Source of the DNA: Octopus vulgaris
Lineage: Eukaryota
DNA: 64,000 bases
Assembly: GCA_951406725.2 (NCBI GenBank)
Contig: OX597820.1
Span: 61,938,001 to 62,002,000, forward strand
Direction: 5' to 3'
Of this stretch, positions 55,133 to 64,000 are shown one piece after another. Made by a program: the position numbers and the translations under genes. Under the pieces are notes generated by a model. That model was not told the origin of the DNA and made no database searches. It worked only from the letters and a program-made list of their open reading frames with translations. How positions within the stretch are numbered: the first letter of the stretch is position 1; every line of letters begins with the position of its first letter.

Positions 55133-55850
55133 GGTAAGTCAGCAGAATCATTAGACCGCTAGACAGAATGTATTGTGGATTTTAGCTATAGACCTTTACG
55201 ATGTGCGTTCAAATCTCGTTGAGGACAAACTTGCTTTTTATCATTCAAAAGCCTTCTGCTTGTGTTAGAAATCTACTTGTCCATAATGAATTGGTATAAA
55301 ATCCTGCCAGCAGCAGCTTAAGCTTTTATCCTTTCAAGATCAATAAAATACTAGACAAATACTTTGGTCAATTTAATCAATTCAAAGTTCGGATTTCGTG
55401 TCAATGCTAAAATAATATATTATAAGGATAGTAGATTGTCAGTGTCATTAAGTGCCGTACAAAGGTCTCTTTACATTCTGAGTTCAAATCCTGCCAAAAA
55501 TCGATTATACCTTACATATTTTCCGGTTTCAGAAAAATAATGTGCTAGGAAAATGCTAGGGTCGATAAAATCAAATATCTCTTTCCTCCAAATTTCAGGT
55601 TTCGTACATATTTAGAGATTATAATATGGCTCTGGATAATGGTGGTGGATAAGTTGAATAAGTGTCAGAACCAATACCTGTGATATTTAGTTTCTCGGCG
55701 TTCTAAGTTCGAATCAAACCGAAGTTTACTATAAAGTTTATACATTTTCCAGAATCCATAAAAATATATTCCAGCCTAGTACCGGGGTCGAAATAAAAGT
55801 TTGTAACCGCCCCGCAAGATTTGAGACCTTGTACCTGGGACATCAACCAT
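55133..55850 (+). mobile_element. Cluster of about four degraded head-to-tail SINE family B copies
   Basis: Recurrent gttcaaatc / gggtcga(t/a)a(a/t)aa / gcagaatcattag segments. Confidence 0.55.
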
Positions 55851-56149
55851 TACTGTGGCCATATGGTGCTGAAATGCATTTCAGTCTATGGCGGAAAAAG
55901 TCCCTAAAGTTGATGACTGTGCATGTTAACGTTTATTTATAAGTAATTTTTAATCTCTAAAAAAAGTACATTATTGGTTTTACTTGAAAAAAGATGTCGC
56001 CAATATACTCTGTTAATTCTCTGCAACCTTTCTTTATGACATTTATATCTCATGCAGGAAAATTATGTTGCTTTTCTGGCAGAGTATGAAGGCATTGTGT
56101 GAGCGGGATCTCAAACGTCTGAGGCAAACTAGTAAGTTCTGTCTCAAGT

Positions 56150-56388
56150 CCTGGGACTCTTAAGGCCGGTTACTCAGTTTACGTGGTGTATAAGCGATGG
56201 AAATCACGACATTCTCCCTGAATGGGGAGCCAGTCCGTAGCAGGCTTACACATTTACAGCTGAGTGGATTGGAGTAACATGTCACTAATTGTTTTTTCTC
56301 AAGAACATAGCCCAACATCTGATTTGGGAATCGAAACCATGATCTTCCGATCGGGAGTGAATCTCATTAACCACGAAGCTACATGCCA
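56150..56388 (-). mobile_element. Degraded CORE-like SINE with a different 3' domain
   Basis: Minus strand tcgattccc B box, ccactcagctgtaaatg, then cctgctacggactggctccccattcaggg. Confidence 0.55.
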
Positions 56389-59300
56389 AGCTAAGCAAAG
56401 CAAGTCAAAAATTCGAAATACATAATGGCAGCTCTCCCTGACGACTGTAAAACATTTTACAAAAGAGCGTCTTCTTGTGCTAGAAATAACAGCCAGATGT
56501 TTCTCAAATCGCAGCATGTTTTTAAAAATAGAAACATTTTGTAGTTTAGAGTGCTTTTGATCATAAGGTCAGCTAGAAAAGAGCTGACCTTCAGCTGAAC
56601 AGCGAAAACAATAAGCAGGAAAATATTTGTCTGGATATTTGTCAAGGTTAGAGTATTCGCTGTGTTCGGTTTGACTTGTTATGACAGGAGACAATTAAAA
56701 GTGACTTTGTTCTTGTCTATAAACGACTATCTCTGCCTGCACAGACGACATTGACTTGAGTGTTGAGAATGGCTTTTGAAAGACATTTAGCTCTACTCAA
56801 GGATTTACGAAGTATTTGGCATCGTGCAATTCGTTGTCAATATGACACGATATGACACGTAAGAAACAAGACAAAATATTTGCAATTTTATGGAAAGGAA
56901 ATAACAGAATAACGTAAATATGCACCTTACATCTTCTCTACACGTTAACGAAAGTAAAAATGTGGTGTACACAATGTATGTAACTGTTTATGAGAATTTT
57001 CAGAACAATAATATACCTAGGATGTTATTTGAAAAGTAATGCAAAGATTGGAGACCTCATATTCTTGTAAAATAATAATAATAATAATAATAATGGACTG
57101 GATTTTTACAGGTTTTTTTTAGGCATATATATTAAGACAAATTTGATTCTCAACCTCCAAAAGGCAGTAGAACCTCAAAAAAAAAAAAAAACAGAAAAAG
57201 GAACAGGTCTTTGAGAGAACCGTTAAACAGAGGAGATTATTAATTAAATCAGCACGTTAACTTTAAAAATAGCTTTAAAATTAGCATGTTATCTTAACAA
57301 GCAGTATATAACCTTAAAAATCAATCAGGATATTATCTATGAAATCAAACGTTTTCTTCTAAAAAGTCATCTGGATTCCCAGTTAAAATCTTTTGTGTGT
57401 CGCTAAAATAAGCACAAGTCATATACTTAGCATGACACAAAGGATTCAGTCTCCGTTCACTTACAAATAAGGTGAATTTTCTTGCCCAGGGTTACTTAAG
57501 CTGCTAAAAATGGCTGACAAAAGTCCCCAAATCAGGCCCTTTTGTCGTAAGAAATGAAGGACACATCAAATAATAAAAATAGGTTAGTCGCGGTCGAAAC
57601 TTTTCGGATCAGCGGTAACGACATAAGAGTTAAAGTAGAGCCATACAAAACGAAAAGAAAGAAGCCTAAAGCAAATATTGACTGGGACATCGAAACTTTA
57701 CCGATGTTCTACTTCGTCTGGCTGCGAGCACTGTTGTAGTCTTATGCAATTGTAAGTAAAAGTACACGTTGATAAGTGTGTTCATTTTAGAGTATGCATG
57801 CTTATTATTCAAAGGACTATGTGTACAGTTTGTTTAGAGAAATAAGTGTATTAAAGATTATTCATATTTACCACTTGTTTTAATCCTCTAAGAACCTAAC
57901 CTAACGAGGCAAATGAGTCGTTTCGGTTATAAACACTGTAATATAAAGAACTTTGATTTTCTTTTAACTTATAAATTCAGCAGCAACTCGACTTTGGCTT
58001 AATATTTTATCCAGTCACTCTTAACTCAAGTTTCATCTATCCTCCAACCAACAAAGTTTCTTCTTTCACTTTTACAAAATGTATATATACCGCAATAGGT
58101 GGTAATACACAGTATATATTTTCCAATTTGATTTTACTCTCTTATAAAAAATTCTACTGTTGTTTACCTCAGTCAACCCTCCTACAGGAAACTAACTACA
58201 ATCCACAGCTAACAGTTTCTCCAAGATAACAATCAATGATGTCTATAGCACAGCCTGCATTTTAAGAAAAGAATGGTATTATTCCTTTATGTTACTATGA
58301 TGGTAACTTCGAATTTTGTGTGCTATTCTTGGATTCCAATGCCATTTGTTCGATTAATGTGAATTAATGAGAATATTATTGTGTATATCTTTGTTTGCTC
58401 CCGAAGGGTTAAAATGTTTGTGTAATAGATTAATGTTAACATTCGTGTCTGTGAATAAGCATGTGCATTCGTACTTGCTGTATACATACAATGATACTTC
58501 TGAGAGTTGATGAGTCGACTTATCAATTAGGAAGGAAAAAGGAAATGTTTTCTATTGTTTGTTTTTGAAAACAACGAGTGACTGGAGGAGAATAATTAAT
58601 CTGATTTCTTGAATTACTCTATGTACATTTATTTAGATACAAGAATTTTGCTTAGGGAACGATTGTCACTTTGACGTCAGTACTAGTTCTGTCGCGAAAT
58701 GTTATTCGAAACCAAAAGAAAAGGACACTTTTTTGTTGGAATGGTGCTATGATATGCAAGTTGAAACCTGCGTATATGAAAGCACGAGGAGATTCAAATG
58801 TGTATCTTCAACGTCTTATTTTCGACTTTTATTCAAATTTACTTTATACCATACTAACTTGGTTCTTCCCACCTCCCTCCAATTTTTTTACACTCTTCTA
58901 TTCCTTCTTCACATTATATCTTACCCTTGTTGTACGGTCGTCACGCTGTGTTTAACACCTCTCCTTGGTTCCTCCCTGGCAATATGTAAAAACATCTACG
59001 TTACTCCCTTACCTTATTTTCTTTATCGTTCGTAATCTTACAACTAAGACGACATACTGATTTTCATCCTCTTGGATGAAATGGAACTTCAGAAACGTCG
59101 GAATGTTTCACTCCTCACGAGAAATCAATTGAACGAACTTTTTCGAGCTTTTTAAAGAAGTTCTTTCCTGCCCCTCACTCCCTCCTTCTTCCTCTCTCAT
59201 TTACACATACACACATACACACACACACACATACACACACACACATTTACACACACATACACACAAGCAGTTACACTGACACTTCTAGTTGAAGTACTAG

Positions 59301-59984
59301 CTTTAATATGATAGAAAACATTTCATATTTTTGCAAAATGTAGTACGAATATAAACTGAAGTCATACGCACTTCTACCATACAGAATTTGCGAACGTATA
59401 ATCATAGGAATGGACTTGGACGCAACATCAGATTGTTTCATTCTCCGACCCTACTCGTTATATATACATCCCCCATGCAGCATAACACACTATATGCTCT
59501 ACGCACAATTATCCAACAGTTATATTACAGCAACGATATGGCCAATTTGGAATTCCACAATACAGATGATGTTCAATCATACCACATCTACAGTATTCAA
59601 TTGGGAAGCAAGTGTAAGCATTTATTGCATACAAAAGATACAAGCAGAACTACATGTAGTACAGATGCACTGGTGTTACTGTTATTCTAATAATTCAAAT
59701 ATAATTTCATAATTCTGGTACACGCAAGGGATGCAACCAATACTTCAGTCTCTTACTGATTATTTCCCCTCTTATATTTCCTTCCTTTGTCGCTAGTTCA
59801 TGGTTGTGTACATGTAGCATTATCTGTAATCTCACGAAATCTCATGTCGCATCTCGCCAGTTAAAATGGCGTCTTCGTCACACATACATAATCCGATTGA
59901 ATAACTGCGACTTTATTCGCAGGAAATATGGCATTAGATTATTAAATTCTATTATAAGAAATTATATATCCACCGATCCATTGC

Positions 59985-60041
<57 letters not shown>

Positions 60042-60125
60042 TGGTAAAAACGGTAAGATAACAAAAGAAAGAGACCTCAATATTATGTAAATATATATAT
60101 ATATTATATATATACATATATAATG

Positions 60126-60156
<31 letters not shown>

Positions 60157-60219
60157 ACATCTACATACACATATCTATACAAATATATGTGTATGTTGTG
60201 GGTGTGTAAAACAAATTGA

Positions 60220-60276
<57 letters not shown>

Positions 60277-60919
60277 GCACACACACCAGTATATTTGTGT
60301 ATGTAAGTATGCATATATGAACATATATATGTATATGTGTGTGTGTAACCACACACATATATGTATTTAAATGCGTGTGTGTGTGTGCGTGAGCGTATGC
60401 GTGTATGTGTACAACAGCTTGACAACGCTTGAAAGATACTGAGATAAATTTATAGCAACACAAGAGCAAGTAAAGACACAAATAAAATGCTACCAGGACA
60501 AGCAGGCAAACATTCACATATACATCCTCTAAGAGCCATTCACATACGTTTGCAAGTATACTCAATATATGTACAGTATCGCACACAAATGAACATACAC
60601 ACACATACACGTATACACAAGCACGCGTTTGGAAGTAGGTTTGCCTGATCAGCAATAGAATGAATGGGAGAAGAAACTGTGTCTTTGAATTTAATTCGTG
60701 GTTCATGACAAGGATTGGACTATTAGCGAAATTAGAAAAAAAGAAAAGAAAAGAAAATGGTGTAAAAAGTCAAAATAAAAGTTTTTTTTTCAAGATTCTT
60801 TCTTTTGCTCGCTTCTTCTCTGTCTGACCTTCTCTCCGTATTATATATATATATATATGTATATCACTTTCATTTTACCCGTCTCTTCCCTTCTTCCTAG
60901 GTACTCACGTGTAAGCACG

Positions 60920-62035
<1,116 letters not shown>

Positions 62036-62723
62036 TTATGCATTTATATATATATGCATATACATGCGGGAAGCTACTTTTTCTATTATTTGTTGTAGTA
62101 GTACGAGTAGTAAAAAGAGGTTGAATAATAATGACATGTTAAAGTAAAAGAAGAGGATGAGGAACAGGAGGAGAAAAAGTTAAAATGAGAAGCAGATAAG
62201 AAAATTAAGAAAACGAGAAGGAAATATCAAACAATATGGCGGGAGAGAAGATAATAATGTTTTGGAGAGTAGGGGGAGATAATACATAACAGTAGACTAA
62301 AGAAAGATGTTAATGATGAAGAAGTAGGGGTAGGAGGAAAAGCAGAGGAGGGGGTAGACGTGTGTAAAGAAGGAAGGGAATAAAGATTTATGATAAGGAG
62401 ACGTAACAATATAAAGAAAAGAAACTAGACGAGGAAAAAATTGAGAAAATAGTAAAAAAATTTGAAACGTAAAGGTTAGGTAGATATGAAAAAAAATGGA
62501 GACGTGAATTATGTGATAAATAAGACTGGAAATCCTGTTAAAGACAGATGAAGGAAAAGGAAGGAGTAATCCCAACACATCACCACTGCACTCCACCCGA
62601 GAACATCCATTTGTTCACGTTCATTCATGTTCATTCATAGTATTCCTACAATGTGTTCCTATATATTTTGAATATATATATATGGCTGAAACAATAAATA
62701 CCCATCCATCCATCCATCCATCC

Positions 62724-62812
<89 letters not shown>

Positions 62813-62825
62813 CCTGCCTACGTAC

Positions 62826-62899
<74 letters not shown>

Positions 62900-62952
62900 G
62901 TCTAGGTATTTGCGTGTGTATGTTGATGTATTAATTTATACATGTATTTATG

Positions 62953-62993
<41 letters not shown>

Positions 62994-63106
62994 TTAATAA
63001 GGGTGAGAGAATTAGATACTAATTTAATAGTATATTTATTCCACACCAAGTGGCCTAGTTATGGTAAAATCTGGCGTGTGATTGAGTGGATTTCATCCAG
63101 ATAGTC

Positions 63107-63182
63107 TTGGCTGACGAGCTACAAATGGATTTTTGTAAGTAATATTACATTTAATTCATTAATAGCGAAACAATTGTCCCAA
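63107..63182 (+). ncRNA. Type-I hammerhead ribozyme, canonical core
   Basis: ttgg-CTGACGA-gcta..tagc-GAAA-caattg-TC-ccaa, within a ~340-bp insert between (TA)n tracts. Confidence 0.85.
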
Positions 63183-63338
63183 AATAATCTGTATTTTTGT
63201 TATTTTTTATTTGCCCTGTCCGTGTGAGCTAACAGTCGTACTGGCTTTCATGGGAAACATGTATTTTCGTGGTTGAAACCTTTTGGATTAACTGGTGCTA
63301 GAGTGAGCAATATAGTGACCACTCTCTTATATTTATTT

Positions 63339-63396
<58 letters not shown>

Positions 63397-64000
63397 AGAT
63401 ATGTGTGCGTATGTGTGAGTGTATGTATGTGTGTGAATGCGTATGTTGCTGTGTATGCATTATAGTTATCATGCATAAATGTAGGGGTAATTTAGCACCA
63501 GGAAAAGAAGAATTAGGAAAAGGAAAAGGAACTGCCAGTAGAAAGAGGAACAAAAAGGAGAATTAGAAAATAGTAATAATAATAATAATAATAATAATGA
63601 TAATAATAATAATAATAATAATAACAACAGCAACAATAATGATGATGATGGCTATGGGGAAGAGGATGATGATGATGACGACGGTTGATGTGGATGATAA
63701 TGATGATGTTGATGATGGTGGTGATGATAAAGATGGTGATGATGCTGATGACGACGACGATGATTACGAGAGAATGAAGAGAAATTACAAATGACTAAAA
63801 AAGAATAGAAAATATTCAATATTGAAGAAAACTCTAGAAGTACGATAATGATAAGTAGAAAGAAAAATGAAAATACCGAAAAGAAGTTATACTCGAACAA
63901 GAAGATGGAGAAGGGCAACGATAAGGAGACGTTGGTGGAGGAGTAGGAAGAGAAGAAGAAAGAGAAAAAGAAGTGGAAGAAAAGAGAAACAAAGATGGAA

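Noticed and set aside
57554-57760. 61-aa ORF followed by a gtaagt donor
   Set aside because: The stop precedes the donor, no homology was recognised and no partner exon was found.

Overview
AT-rich, microsatellite-saturated eukaryotic DNA with no intact protein-coding gene that I can support. The SINE families and the (TA)n/(CA)n/(TATC)n density suggest an octopod cephalopod; this is inference from pattern recognition, not a database result. Nearly all ORFs in the track are microsatellite translations or transposon debris. Identifiable content: three tRNA-headed SINE families; fragments of CR1-like, Tx1/L1-like, RTE and R4/Dong-like (RLE) LINEs; a truncated Mag-type Gypsy LTR element cut by a mariner; and mariner, pogo, hAT and Sola-like non-autonomous DNA elements. 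The main hidden signal is about 15 minimal type-I hammerhead ribozyme motifs (stem I-CUGANGA-stem II-GAAA-stem III-UH-stem I'). They come from several sequence-unrelated non-coding families, most have a different self-complementary stem III, and they sit in 200-750 bp inserts inside (TA)n tracts, arranged as fold-backs or terminally redundant units. This fits Penelope-derived or retrozyme-like mobile RNAs. Structures were read by eye; none was computed or tested, and element boundaries are approximate.
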